A program made the position numbers and the translations under genes. Below the pieces are notes generated by a model. The model saw only the letters and a list, made by a program, of their open reading frames with translations. It was not told the origin of the DNA and did no database searches. A DNA stretch of 64,000 nucleotides, taken from assembly GCA_963759005.1 (NCBI GenBank), contig CAVWXQ010000023.1:63-64062 (forward strand), in the 5' to 3' direction. Position 1 is the first letter of the stretch. Each line of letters opens with the position of its first letter. Below, piece after piece: positions 32,826-44,095 of the stretch. The DNA is from an uncultured Gammaproteobacteria bacterium. GTDB lineage: Bacteria; Pseudomonadota; Gammaproteobacteria; SZUA-229.

Positions 32826-32919
32826 ATCTTTTTCCTCATCTTGTATAACATTTAGACTATTCAGGCAGTACCACTGAGATACAGCTGAAACGTTATAAAC
32901 AATTATGTCCTGTACTATC

Positions 32920-32946
32920 TAATCGGTTATACAAACAGAATCTTTA
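32920..32946 (-). promoter_or_regulatory. Sigma28 (FliA)-type promoter for pomA-motB
   Basis: Minus strand TAAA-N15-ACCGATTA (consensus TAAA-N15-GCCGATAA). Confidence 0.6.
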
Positions 32947-33201
32947 ATATGAATATAGAGCTTATTTATTAACCAGATACTGAAATAACTGGACTCAATA
33001 AATTTAACAAAAACAATAAGCTGGTTTAATTGTAAAGTTTTGTAAATACAGCGAAATTACACTATGAAAGTACGAGGTTAAGTTATAGATTCTCTAAATA
33101 TAATAACACTCATATAAATTTTGATTTATTCTTCATGCAGTGGTGTAATATTGAGACAAAACATTCCCCCCAGAGAAATTTATTGCCAGGTAAAGGACGT
33201 T

Positions 33202-33924
33202 ATGAGCAAAGATAAAATACTATTTGTTGATGATGACCAACGCTTATGCCGACTCGTAAAGCGCTATGTTGAAAATAATGATTATGACTTTGTGTCTGCT
33301 CACAGTGCTGATGACGCACATAAAACAATGGTCGATAACGAAGATATATCATTGATACTTCTGGACGTTATGCTGCCAGACAGAGATGGGTTAACACTTG
33401 CACAGGAAATTCGTCATCAATCGACAACACCCATTATTTTTCTTACCGCCAAAGCCGAAATTGATGACAAAGTAAGTGGCCTGGAAGCAGGTGCTGATGA
33501 TTACATAACCAAGCCATTTGAAGAAAAAGAGCTTATCGCCAGAATTCAAACCGTATTACGTCGAACACAGGCATCGCAGGTAACACTAAAAAATAAAACA
33601 CATGCAAACTTTGCAGGTTGGAGTCTCAACCTGATCAATCAACAGTTATATTCGCCTGATGGTAATAACATAGAGATCACCAGTACTGAATACCGCCTGT
33701 TATCAGCACTTATAAGCAGACCTAATATCACCATTCATCGTGAAGAAATACTAAATATATTATCTGGTCGTGAATGGTCGCCACTGGACAGGTCGGCTGA
33801 TATGGCAATTTCAAAGTTACGCAAAAAACTTACACATAATTCACACCAGCCTAATTTAATTCGAACCATCAGAAATAAAGGTTATCAACTCACCGCCGAG
33901 GTTGAGTTTGTTGAAATGCATTAA
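33202..33924 (+). CDS. OmpR-family response regulator
   Basis: REC (VDDD, LDVMLP, GADDYITKPF) plus winged HTH (IRTIRNKGY). Probable start MSKDK. Confidence 0.92.
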   Translation: MSKDKILFVDDDQRLCRLVKRYVENNDYDFVSAHSADDAHKTMVDNEDISLILLDVMLPDRDGLTLAQEIRHQSTTPIIFLTAKAEIDDKVSGLEAGADDYITKPFEEKELIARIQTVLRRTQASQVTLKNKTHANFAGWSLNLINQQLYSPDGNNIEITSTEYRLLSALISRPNITIHREEILNILSGREWSPLDRSADMAISKLRKKLTHNSHQPNLIRTIRNKGYQLTAEVEFVEMH

Positions 33925-34017
33925 GCAGTGAATTAGTAAATACAAGAAGGCTGGAGAAAGCGTTCTTTGCGCCTCCGGCATATATACTTATCTTATAGTA
34001 ACTACTCAGGAAGTATC

Positions 34018-35133
34018 TCAGCAAGCACTATAGCTAGAGTGACCAGTGTATCTATCTATTTGGTATTTACGCATTTTTTCTGCTAGTGTTGTGCGGCGTA
34101 AGCCTAATGATTTAGCTGCATGTGCGATAACACCATCGCTACTATCAAGTGCTTCTTCTATAATTTTTACTTCTACATTGGATATGTAAGTTTTAAGATC
34201 GAAACCTTCAACAGGAAAATCTAGCTGTGGGGTATTGATATTATTGAGCTTTATATCGTCAGATTGAAGCTCGTTATCATCTATATTCTGCAATTCAAGC
34301 CCTTTGTTCTCTTGTGAAATATTTGCACAAATTCTTGTTGGTAAGTTATTCTCGTTTACCAGTCCATTTGGATGTTTTATTGACATCCGTTCAATAAGAT
34401 TGGCTAACTCACGGACGTTGCCTGGCCAGTCATATTTAGACATTGCGATAACAGCCATTTTTGTAAAACGAACTGAGTTTTGATTTGCACGTTCCAGTCT
34501 TGAGATTAGTTCTTTTGTTAATAGTGGCAGGTCATCGATACGGTCGCGTAGTGCAGGTACTTTGATAGGGAATACGTCTAACCTGAAAAATAAATCCTCG
34601 CGGAAGGTGCCCTTTTTAACCATGTCTTCAAGGTTACGATGTGTAGCAGCAACGATTCGGACATCTGCCTGTATAGTCGCCGTTCCACCAACACGTTCAA
34701 ACACACGTTCTTCCAGAACTCTTAGTAGTTTTACCTGCATAGTCATAGGCATTTCACCAATTTCATCCAGGAAAAGCGTACCTCCTTCAGCCATTGAAAA
34801 ACGGCCCTGACGAGATGTGATTGCGCCGGTGAATGCCCCTTTTTCATGTCCGAATAATTCAGATTCAAGTAAATCGGGTGGAATAGCACCACAATTTATC
34901 GGAACAAAGTTTTTATTACGACGATTGGAAAGGCAATGAATGTTCCGCGCAACAACTTCTTTACCGGTGCCGGACTCGCCGAATATCAAAACATTTGCAT
35001 TGCAGTTTGCTACTTGTGATATTTCGAGTTGAACTTTTTTCATTGATTGGCTATTGCCAATCAGACTTTTGAATAATGTTATGTTTTGCTGACATTGATT
35101 TTGTTGCGTTTCATCTTTGACAATAGCTTCCAC
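34018..35133 (-). CDS. Sigma54-dependent activator, FleQ/FlrA-like, lacking the N-terminal regulatory domain
   Basis: GESGTGKE, GAFTGA, WPGNVREL, HTH LGLRRTTLAEKMRKY. Confidence 0.85.
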   Translation of the reverse strand: MEAIVKDETQQNQCQQNITLFKSLIGNSQSMKKVQLEISQVANCNANVLIFGESGTGKEVVARNIHCLSNRRNKNFVPINCGAIPPDLLESELFGHEKGAFTGAITSRQGRFSMAEGGTLFLDEIGEMPMTMQVKLLRVLEERVFERVGGTATIQADVRIVAATHRNLEDMVKKGTFREDLFFRLDVFPIKVPALRDRIDDLPLLTKELISRLERANQNSVRFTKMAVIAMSKYDWPGNVRELANLIERMSIKHPNGLVNENNLPTRICANISQENKGLELQNIDDNELQSDDIKLNNINTPQLDFPVEGFDLKTYISNVEVKIIEEALDSSDGVIAHAAKSLGLRRTTLAEKMRKYQIDRYTGHSSYSAC

Positions 35134-35471
35134 GTTGGTAACCCTCTGATGTAATCTAGCTGGATTTTCTATTTTTTAGTCGTTTTGAAAAGCGTTAATG
35201 TGTATTAACTTAAAAATAGTTTGTATTTTTGGTTACATTTCGTTTGCTGTCATATGTAGTTATAGTCGTAATGACAAAAAAATGGCGATTCTGAGATGTT
35301 TTTAATGTAAATAGTTGTCAAGCGTAAAATAATTAGCTGTTAAAAATCAAGTGCTTGCTGTTGCTGTTATGTAAGCAGTCAAAATTATGTCAGAATGAAG
35401 CTGGTGTTTAGTGATTTTCGGCAAGTGCCAGGAAGCAAATATTTGCCCGTACGTCCCGTACATAAACATTG

Positions 35472-35699
35472 AACCTAAATAAATCAGTTGAATCGTAGCG
35501 AGAGCGATCAAGGTGTTGAATATACAATACTTTATCGGTTATTTTGAGCGAAAACGTATCACCCATACGGTTTTCAGCAAGGATGCTGTTATATCGCGGA
35601 TGCAGGATGCATAAGAGCGTGAGTTCAAAATGTTCGAGAAAGTCTTGTAGATTCAGTGCATTGGGCGTTCGCAGTAGGTTCAACTGATTTATTTAGGTT
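35472..35699. mobile_element. MITE family B, copy 2, with a 49-bp insertion
   Basis: TIRs aacctaaataaatcagttgaa / ttcaactgatttatttaggtt. Extra segment 35570-35618 relative to copy 1. Confidence 0.85.
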
Positions 35700-35806
35700 G
35701 AACTAATACCGACGGTCACATTAACTGCCAGAGACGTGAGATGGTAAATTTATGGCGCGCACGGCACACCCTACGGTTTACTTACGCGACCCCGGAAGAT
35801 CAAGAA

Positions 35807-38267
35807 TTAATCACTGCCTGCTAGTGACTGGTTAATGCTTTCGGTTAATTCAAACTTGTTGTAGGGTTTGGGTAACAGTTGAAAGTTGTGATTTCTGACC
35901 GGTTGTTTACTGCCAGGTGTATTTTCCATAGCGGTGGTTAGCAGTATTTTAAGCTCAGGATATTTCTTATTTGCCCAGCCGGCAAGTTCATGCCCATTCA
36001 TATCACCAGGCATGAGCACATCAGTAAATAATAAATCGATATCTTTATTGGTTTCTAAAAGTCCTCTTGCTTCAGCGGCATCTTGAGCCTGTAGAATGTT
36101 AATGCCTGGTTTGTTTAGACATCGTACGGCAAACTGCCTTACGTATGGCTGATCTTCAACAATAAGGATGGTTGCCTTTATATCAGGTAGTGAGTTTACT
36201 GTTTCTGTTTTAATTTGTTCAGTTGATAAGTTTTCATATATCGGGAATTGCAGATAAATGGTTGTTCCTTTTAGAGGTTTACTGTGTATTACCAGTTCGC
36301 CACCGGATTGTTTGATGAATCCATACACCATACTTAAGCCCAGACCTGTGCCTATGGTTTTACTGGTTGTGTAAAATGGTTCAATTGCATGGCTCAGTAT
36401 ATGCTCATTCATACCGATACCATCATCTTTTACATATAGACATATGCATTGATCGCTAAGATCATTATCGGCATTGCGAATGATTTCCTGTGAACGTTGT
36501 GTCGCCATAATTTCAGCATTAATACTTACGTGTCCACCTTCAGGTATTGCATTTCTGGCATTAATAATTATGTTTAACAGCGAGCTTTCAAATTGTGTTG
36601 GATCGACAAGGATATTGGGCAAGTTAGGATGGATATTTATGACTAATTTTATTGATCCACCAACGGTGTTTTTAAATAGCTTGTGGAATCTGTTTATGGT
36701 GTTCTCAATATTGACAGAAACAGGTGCTATTGGTTTTTTGCGTGAAAAAGCTAATAACTGTTTGGTTAATTCAACACTGTCTTTAATCGCTGAGTGGGCA
36801 TCTTCAATTAACTCCAGGCATTCTGCATTTATGTGAGTGTTTTCAGAAATGGATTCTTTAAGAAGGTCCATATTGCCCTTAGCGATAGTCATCAAGTTGC
36901 CAAAATCATGCGCTACACCACTGGTCAGCTGGCCTATTGCATCCATTTTATTATTATGAACTTCCTGCTCTTTTTTAATGTGTGCATCTGTTATGTCTTG
37001 CACGATGCCATTTACTTCGAGTAGCTCGTTATTCTCATCATATGTACCGACACATTCTTCATGTAACCATCTGATATTTAGTGAAGCTGTTTTTATTCGA
37101 TGATCAAATTGATAAGATTTGCTCGTTTTATTCAGAATATTTTCAAATAGATTGAAACGCTGTGAATCTTCTTCAAATACAATTTCATAAAACTTCTCAC
37201 AATCGGGTTCCCAGCGGTTAGATTGATAACCGTATATTCGATAAATTTCGTCGGACCAGGACAGTTCGTTTGTTCTGACGTTCCAGTTCCAGTTACCTAA
37301 ATGACCTATTTTCTGTGCCTGCTTTAATAGTCGTTCACTTTTATGTAGTTTTTCTGTTAAAAGATAACGAGATAACACGCCGGTCAGGCGGAGGCCTATT
37401 TTGTAAAATGTTTCTTCGTCTAAATTGGTCCATTTTGAGTATTCTGTACATTGCTGAACGACTAAATACCAGATTTTATTTTCCTGTAAATGCAGTGCTT
37501 TTATCATTTGTTGTTTGATATTGGTGTCATATTCAGGTGCTTGAGTGTTCAAATTAAATTTTGACACAATGGGGTATTCTGAATGTTCAGCACGGTACAG
37601 GGTATTACTGCCATCTGCGTTAAAAAGTGAACCTTGAATATTCTGAATGCTGTCAGCATGGTCGGATGTTGCTTCTGAATAGGTTTGAAAATAGCTCATT
37701 AACAGGCTGGTCAGGTTTAATGATAAACGCACGGTCAGCAGAATAGATTTTTATAATGACCGACATCACCTCATGCATCATGTCTTCCTGGTTTTTGTTT
37801 TGCGTAATGATGCGAGAAACTTGCTCAATATGTTGCAGGTGCAATTCCTGATATTTTGTTTCTATGATCGCATTCCTTGCTTTAATAAGGTATTGAATGC
37901 GATAAGGGAAAGTGTCCCAGTTAATGGGCTTACTGATAAAATCGGTTGCGCCTAAGCCATAAGCTTGTTCGATGGAAGCAGAGTCATCAAGTCCGGTGAC
38001 CATAACGATAGAGATATCAGTGTCACCATAAAGCCTGCGAATTTTATAACACACCTCAAAACCATTTATACCGGGCATATTGACGTCAAGTAAAACCAGG
38101 TCGGGTTGATGTTTTTTTATACGTTCCAGTGCGTCCTTTCCATTTTCCGCTTCTTCAATTGAGTATTGTTCATCGGTTAAGAAATCCCTCATCAATAGTC
38201 GGATGGTGGCATCGTCATCAATGATCAATATATTGGGTTTTATGGAGGCACTGTTTTGGTATGGCAT
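35807..38267 (-). CDS. Hybrid REC-(GAF)-PAS-HisKA-HATPase-REC kinase (frameshift near 37690)
   Basis: N-terminal REC ORF 37653-38267 continues in another frame: WSDEIYRIYG, GVAHDFGN, GTGLGL, C-terminal REC. Confidence 0.85.
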
Positions 38268-38444
38268 ACTTAAAATGATTTTTTCCTGGGGACCGGTGAT
38301 TACGTTTAGAGATTTCCCAATTGTACACAGAATAGACCGATTAAAACAAATGTTATCACTGCTGGTCGAGTACTCCCGTTAACGGTTAGAGACATAAATC
38401 GGGAGCATCTATCTACGACCTTCACCTGCATAGCAGGTTTTTTG

Positions 38445-38645
38445 CTCTCGGCAATAGCTCCTCGACAACTTACCGTTCTTCCATGGGCATATGCGTTGTC
38501 CTGGTACGACTACCATGGATGGTGGAAGTGCAGATATTGCAGGAGCAGTAGCTGTCCGTACGTCCTGTAAATATGCATTGCCCTAATAAGTTACATCCAT
38601 GTAATGATGCAAAATCGACACTTCCAGCATCCGTGGCGGTCATTA
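38445..38645. repeat. Cluster of CATCC/CTCCTG-core mini-modules
   Basis: ggcaatagctcc..., cgactaccatggatggtggaagt, tgcaggagca, tacgtcctgta, ttacatccatgtaa, aaatcgacacttccagcatccgtggcggtc. Confidence 0.7.
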
Positions 38646-38823
38646 GAATAATTTGTTGATAATTCTGTTCAAGGCATTTTATTGGTTTCTGGCATAATTA
38701 TAATTAAACCTAACTCAGCAGTAACGGGGCGTTATATTGAAAATTCCCAAAGATTCCTTAAGCAGATACAAATAAAGCGGCAAATAAACAGCAATTATTT
38801 GCTGATTTACTGTACATTGTCTA

Positions 38824-38850
38824 TTATCGACTAGAGGTCTTAGTGTTTTA
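38824..38850 (-). promoter_or_regulatory. Sigma28-type promoter facing the hybrid kinase at 38267
   Basis: Minus strand TAAA-N15-GTCGATAA. Confidence 0.55.
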
Positions 38851-38979
38851 AGCAGGGAAAACCAGATCAACTACAATTATTTTAGAATTGTTAAAATTTA
38901 ATAAGAGGTGCCCTTAACTTAAGCAGAGATTTATTACGTTTAATTTGAATAGTACGGGCGTGCAAAGGCACAAAATGTA

Positions 38980-41209
38980 ATGAAAACTGAGCAAAATACC
39001 AGTGAAGATATCTCTTCACTGGTTACTAAAAAGCAGATAGAGCTGATATACGATAATCAGCCATTCGCTTTGTTTACCACGTTACTGGTCGTAATATTAG
39101 TCTTTGGCTTCATTTATTCTTCAGACATTATTTATAGCCTGACAGTTTGTTTTATATTATTTATATTGGTCACCCTGTTTCGTTCATATATTAACTGGCG
39201 TTATATTAAGGCGCGTAAAAATAATGCAGTTGATGTTAGCAGGGCGGAAAAATTAATTCTTTTGGGTATTGTCTTATCCGCAATGGTATGGGGCATAATA
39301 ACATTATTGTTATTTCCTGTTGTTGATCTTAACGGCCAGATTCTATTGTTACTTGTTGTAATGGGCATTGCGGCTGCGGCACATACAACAATTGGTTTTT
39401 TGAGAGCACCTATAATCAGCTTTATCATATTATTAACGCTGCCACTGATGTTTGTGGTTTACCATTCTGATTTTCCTAATGCCGCAGCAATTCTTGTTGC
39501 AATAGCTATATATTCTATATTTATGTTGCGTTCATCATTACTGTTTTACAACTCAACATTAAACCTGTTGCGTTTAAATGAGATTTCTATACGACATGAA
39601 CATAAACTGATGTTACAAACGGCAAAGGCAAAATCTGCCAGCGAAGAGAAATCAAAATTTTTATACCGTATTAGCCACGAATTACGTACACCATTAAATG
39701 CAATTCTTGGCATGAATGAATTATTGTTGCATGATAAAAAAGAGCCTTTGACAGAAAAACAATGTGGCCGGTCAAAAAAGATAGGTGAAGCTGGAAAATA
39801 CCTGCTATCAATAGTTGATGATGTTCTGGATTTATCACGTATTGAAGCGGGTAACGTTGATGTAGTTATGGGCTTGATAGATTGTCAGGCGGTGATACAC
39901 GATTCAATAAAACTGGTAGAGGGTAAAGCTGAACAGAGAAACATTAAAATTTCCAGCATGTTTGAACGGCCAGATGTTTTTGCAAAGGCAGATAGTAAAC
40001 GTCTGAGACAGGTCATCGTTAACCTGTTAGATAACGCCATTAAATATAATAAACCAGGCGGACAGGTCTCAATTATTTTAAATGTTGAAAATAATAATAA
40101 TGTACGTATATCTATAATTGATACAGGTTACGGTATCACTGAAGACTCTATCGATAAATTATTTCAGCCGTTCTCAAGATTAAGGACCGGTGGGCCAGGC
40201 ATAGATGGTACAGGTATTGGTTTAAGTTTATGCAAACAATTTATTGAATTAATGCATGGTCAAATTGGTGTCGATTGCTGTCTGGGTAAAGGCTGCTGTT
40301 TCTGGATTGAATTGTCTTATGTTGAACATACAGTTGATATTGAATCAAAACAAGTTGCGGATAATAATATTGTCATATTAAACACAGGCAAACAGAGAAA
40401 AATACTACTGGTTGAGGATAATCTGGTGAACTGTGAAGTTGCTCTTGATATGTTAGAAGAAATTGGATTTGAGGCAGATGTGGTTCATGATGGCAAGCAG
40501 GCTGTAGAAGCGGCTAAAGTGAGCCAATACGCTTTAATTTTAATGGATTGTGAAATGCCAGTGATGAATGGTTTCGCTGCGACAAAACAAATCAGGAATA
40601 ATGAAACTCTATTACAAACAAAGCCAACGCCAATTATTGCACTAACAGCACACGCAATTGCAGGTGCAAGAGATAAATGCATCACCAGTGGAATGGATGA
40701 TTTTTTAAGCAAACCATTTAGTTTGTCTTCATTGCAATCAATAGTAAACAAATGGCTGTTAATTAGTCAGGCCGCATCAATTAAAAGTTTAAATTCAAAC
40801 AAAAACAGACAATTAAAGCAGGATAATTTACATGTTATGAACCACCTGAATAATGATTTGACCATCCTCGATCAGAATATTTTAGATCGGCTTCGTAAAA
40901 AGAAAAAAAGGGACGGTTCAAGTCTCGCAGAAAAAGTAGTAAATATCTATTTAGAACAATCATCCCGGTTTGCTTGAAGAATTAACTCAAGCAACACAGA
41001 GAGCAGATGTTGAAGCAGTGAGAGGAATATCGCACGCCTTAAAGTCTTCCAGCATGAATGTAGGCGCTACCGGGTTATCAGTTTTATGCAGGAATGTTGA
41101 GCATGCCTGTGAACAGGGGATTATTGAAAATGCATTAGTCGATCAAGTGCATAAAACGTATATTGATGTGGCAGAAGCGCTTAATGAAGTTCTACAGAAA
41201 GTAAAATAA
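38980..41209 (+). CDS. Membrane hybrid sensor kinase HisKA-HATPase-REC-Hpt (frameshift near 40970)
   Basis: TM region, SHELRTPLN, GTGIGL, LMDCEMP. Hpt SHALKSSSMNVGA lies in the following frame. Confidence 0.88.
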
Positions 41210-41444
41210 TTTTTATCCATCACCTGACACTCAAAAACTTAAAGATATTTCACCACGGTGAATTGTTTTTGAATTTGTTATGTATCCATCGCTCAGACTG
41301 GTACCGGACCTGTTAGTCCATACCCACAAGTAAGACGGAAATAACAGTTTGCCACTCATGATATATACGATTATTGCAGATCTTATGAATATGACAACAG
41401 CAACTTCTGTGTTTCAGCAACATTCCCCCATGTCCAAATATCTT

Positions 41445-41460
41445 TGGCATGAATATTGCT
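41445..41460 (+). promoter_or_regulatory. Sigma54 -24/-12 promoter
   Basis: TGGCAT-GAATA-TTGCT, about 105 bp upstream of the REC-GGDEF-EAL gene. Confidence 0.6.
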
Positions 41461-41475
41461 CACATAAAAACTAAA

Positions 41476-41489
41476 GTCAGTTATTTGAC
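41476..41489 (+). promoter_or_regulatory. Putative FleQ box
   Basis: GTCAGTTATTTGAC resembles the Pseudomonas FleQ consensus GTCAnnnnnnTGAC. Confidence 0.4.
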
Positions 41490-41564
41490 GGTAGGATTAA
41501 AAGATGGATTCTTTCAATTACAACATATAACGATAGTGAATTTATTTATCATGAGTTTTGAAAT

Positions 41565-43472
41565 ATGTTCAATATGAATTATGAGCCGGAGATCCAGGAA
41601 GTTATTTTATCGGGTAAATCGTTAAATGTACTTATTGTGGATGACAGTAAAATTATACGTACAGCGATAAGAGAAATTCTTGAAATTGGTAATATACAGG
41701 TTACGGAAGCATGTGACGGTAAAGATGCACTGGAATCTATTAATAATAATTTACCTGATCTTGTATTGCTGGATGCAATAATGCCCAAAATTGATGGTAT
41801 TTCTGTTTTAAAGGCCCTTCGAAAAACATTTTCAAAGATACAGTTACCCATTATCCTGATTGCTCCACAGGGTTCACCACGTGAAATGGTGCAGGCACTT
41901 GACCTGGGTGCAAATGATTATGTAACCAAACCTATAGATTTTGATGTTTTATGGGCGAGACTAACTAATCAGTTAATGCAGAAGCAGGCAGCGGAATTTC
42001 TGCGTTCAGCGAAACATAGTCTGGAAAAACAAATTAAACAAAGAACTTCAGAATTAAAATCAAGTAATCAGCGATTAGAAAAAGAAATAAAAGTTAGATT
42101 GCAGGCAGAAGATAGATTACAAAAACAGGCAAGTTATGATGAATTAACCGGCTTACCCAACCGAAGTTTAGCGTCTGATCGACTTCAGCAAACGCTGGTA
42201 AAGGCTAAACGACATAACTTGAATCCATGTGTCACTTTTCTTGACCTGGATAATTTCAAATATATTAATGATACATTCGGTCATGCCGCAGGTGATGATT
42301 TATTGAGACAGGCAGCGACAAGATTATCCAGCTGTGCACGAGGCAGTGATACCGTCGCCCGACTGGGTGGTGATGAATTTTTACTTATTCTTGATGACGA
42401 TGACATGACTAAAGCGCATCAGCCTGAATCAGGTGTCAGGCACGTTGCTGAGCGTATAATTGAAAATTTTGCAAAACCATTTCTAATAGAAGGCCAGGAA
42501 TTAAGGATTACCCCAAGTATTGGTTTTGCCATATATCCAAAAGATGGCGAAGACAGTAATGAGTTAATGCGCCATGCTGACGCAGCGATGTATCGCTCAA
42601 AAAATGAAGGTAAAAACACATATTGTTTCTATTCACCCGAGATGACAGTAGAGGCAAAATTACGCATGAATGTGGAGGCGCAGCTTAGACGGGCGTTGGA
42701 ACGTAATGAGTTATCTATACATTATCAACCGATTGTTAATTCAAAAAGCCGTGAAATCGTTAAAGCAGAAGCTTTATTAAGATGGGACTGTGATGAGTTA
42801 GGCATGATAACACCGGATTATTTTATTCCTATTGCAGAAGAGACGGGAATGATTTTGCCGATGGGAAATTGGGTAGTTAAAAAGGCATGTGAGCAGGTGA
42901 AAAATTGGCGTAATTTAGGCTGGCCAAATATTTGCGTTACCATCAATGTTTCAGCACGACAATTCAAATCAGATTCGTCTTTGGTGGAAACTGTTGCTGA
43001 GGCTCTTAAACAGAATAATTTACCGGCAGATGCAATCCAGCTCGAATTAACAGAGGGAACATTATTAGAAGAGACCAGTGATTCTGCGGTAATAATGAAA
43101 CAAATCGAAGATATTGGCATTAAGCTATTAATTGATGATTTTGGTACAGGTTATGCTTCACTGTCTTATTTGCAGCGTTATAATTTTGACTCACTAAAAA
43201 TTGATCGTAGTTATATCAATAAAGTGTTACACAATGAGCAGGATGCAAAACTGGTCAAAGCGGTGATCGTCATGGCAAATAGCCTGGGTATGTCTGTAGT
43301 ATCAGAAGGTGTTGAGACGAAAGCACAACTGGAATTTTTGCTTGATGCTGATTGTGAATATGTGCAGGGATATTATTTTAGTAAACCTGTTGCAGCTGAT
43401 GAGTTTATTGCACTTTTAAAAAAAATAAATCGGACACTGGTTAAAGAGAAATCACCTGAATTGATTACATGA
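41565..43472 (+). CDS. REC-GGDEF-EAL c-di-GMP signalling protein
   Basis: REC; ARLGGDEF; AEALLRW; DDFGTGY; EGVET. Confidence 0.95.
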   Translation: MFNMNYEPEIQEVILSGKSLNVLIVDDSKIIRTAIREILEIGNIQVTEACDGKDALESINNNLPDLVLLDAIMPKIDGISVLKALRKTFSKIQLPIILIAPQGSPREMVQALDLGANDYVTKPIDFDVLWARLTNQLMQKQAAEFLRSAKHSLEKQIKQRTSELKSSNQRLEKEIKVRLQAEDRLQKQASYDELTGLPNRSLASDRLQQTLVKAKRHNLNPCVTFLDLDNFKYINDTFGHAAGDDLLRQAATRLSSCARGSDTVARLGGDEFLLILDDDDMTKAHQPESGVRHVAERIIENFAKPFLIEGQELRITPSIGFAIYPKDGEDSNELMRHADAAMYRSKNEGKNTYCFYSPEMTVEAKLRMNVEAQLRRALERNELSIHYQPIVNSKSREIVKAEALLRWDCDELGMITPDYFIPIAEETGMILPMGNWVVKKACEQVKNWRNLGWPNICVTINVSARQFKSDSSLVETVAEALKQNNLPADAIQLELTEGTLLEETSDSAVIMKQIEDIGIKLLIDDFGTGYASLSYLQRYNFDSLKIDRSYINKVLHNEQDAKLVKAVIVMANSLGMSVVSEGVETKAQLEFLLDADCEYVQGYYFSKPVAADEFIALLKKINRTLVKEKSPELIT

Positions 43473-43527
43473 ATAGGCAACAGGCTGAGTTCAAACTTGA
43501 GGTCGATGATGCCAACCTTACGGTTTT

Positions 43528-43602
43528 GTCATGCCGGCATGATTGTAGCGGGTATCCATCCGAATAACCCGACCCCACCTTACTGATGGATACTGGCCTG
43601 AT
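43528..43602. repeat. GTCATGCCGG..ATCCA / TGGAT REP-like element
   Basis: gtcatgccggcatgattgtagcgggtatccatc ... gatggatactggcc; same family as the 51589, 51773 and 62661 copies. Confidence 0.6.
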
Positions 43603-43657
43603 TCGAGGGCTAAATAAGATCTACCTCAGTTAATATTAATTATTTCTATCATCTCCC

Positions 43658-43684
43658 TAAGGCTTTTCTAAGGTCTGCCGATAT
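43658..43684 (+). promoter_or_regulatory. Sigma28-type promoter for the STAS-PP2C operon
   Basis: TAAG-N15-GCCGATAT. Confidence 0.7.
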
Positions 43685-43741
43685 AGTTCATTGTGAAGTT
43701 ATTCTTTCTTATAGCTTGATTCAATGTTTTGGAGGTAAATT

Positions 43742-44095
43742 ATGTCAGTAAGTCAGGAAGTGTCAAACGATGGCAAAAAAGTACTAATCAATATTTCAGG
43801 ACGGTTCGATTATAAGGTTTCGCAGGAATTTCGCGATACTTATCGTCAGGTTCCTGGACAGGAAGGTGTTGCTTATTATGTGAATTTAAGTGATGCCAGT
43901 TACATGGATAGTTCAGCACTCGGTATGTTATTGCTGCTACGCGAACATGCAAAATGCCGTGGCGGATCTGTATTCATCGAACGCCCTAGTGAGCAAGTGG
44001 ATAGCATCTTAAAAGTGGCAAATTTTGAGCAACTTTTTACCATTAACTATGCAAACCTTTCATCAGTTGAGATGAAAACAGGCACAGGTGCATGA
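43742..44095 (+). CDS. STAS anti-anti-sigma factor (HsbA/RsbV-like)
   Basis: ISGRFDY, YMDSSALGMLLLLRE, ANFEQLF. Confidence 0.9.
   Translation: MSVSQEVSNDGKKVLINISGRFDYKVSQEFRDTYRQVPGQEGVAYYVNLSDASYMDSSALGMLLLLREHAKCRGGSVFIERPSEQVDSILKVANFEQLFTINYANLSSVEMKTGTGA

Noticed and set aside
17679-35683. ORFs 17679-18044, 18521-18745, 18639-18860, 26624-26929, 30703-30945, 30767-30976 and 35408-35683 as genes
   Set aside because: They are translations of MITE sequence or antisense to real genes; their mutual similarity reflects repeat copies.
26966-35775. Isolated REP-like scraps (ctacccgcagtaagaagcgggg ~26968, gagcgtgggaacga ~27562, cacggcacaccctac ~35760)
   Set aside because: Single degenerate copies in this window; cannot be supported as defined elements without a genome-wide search.
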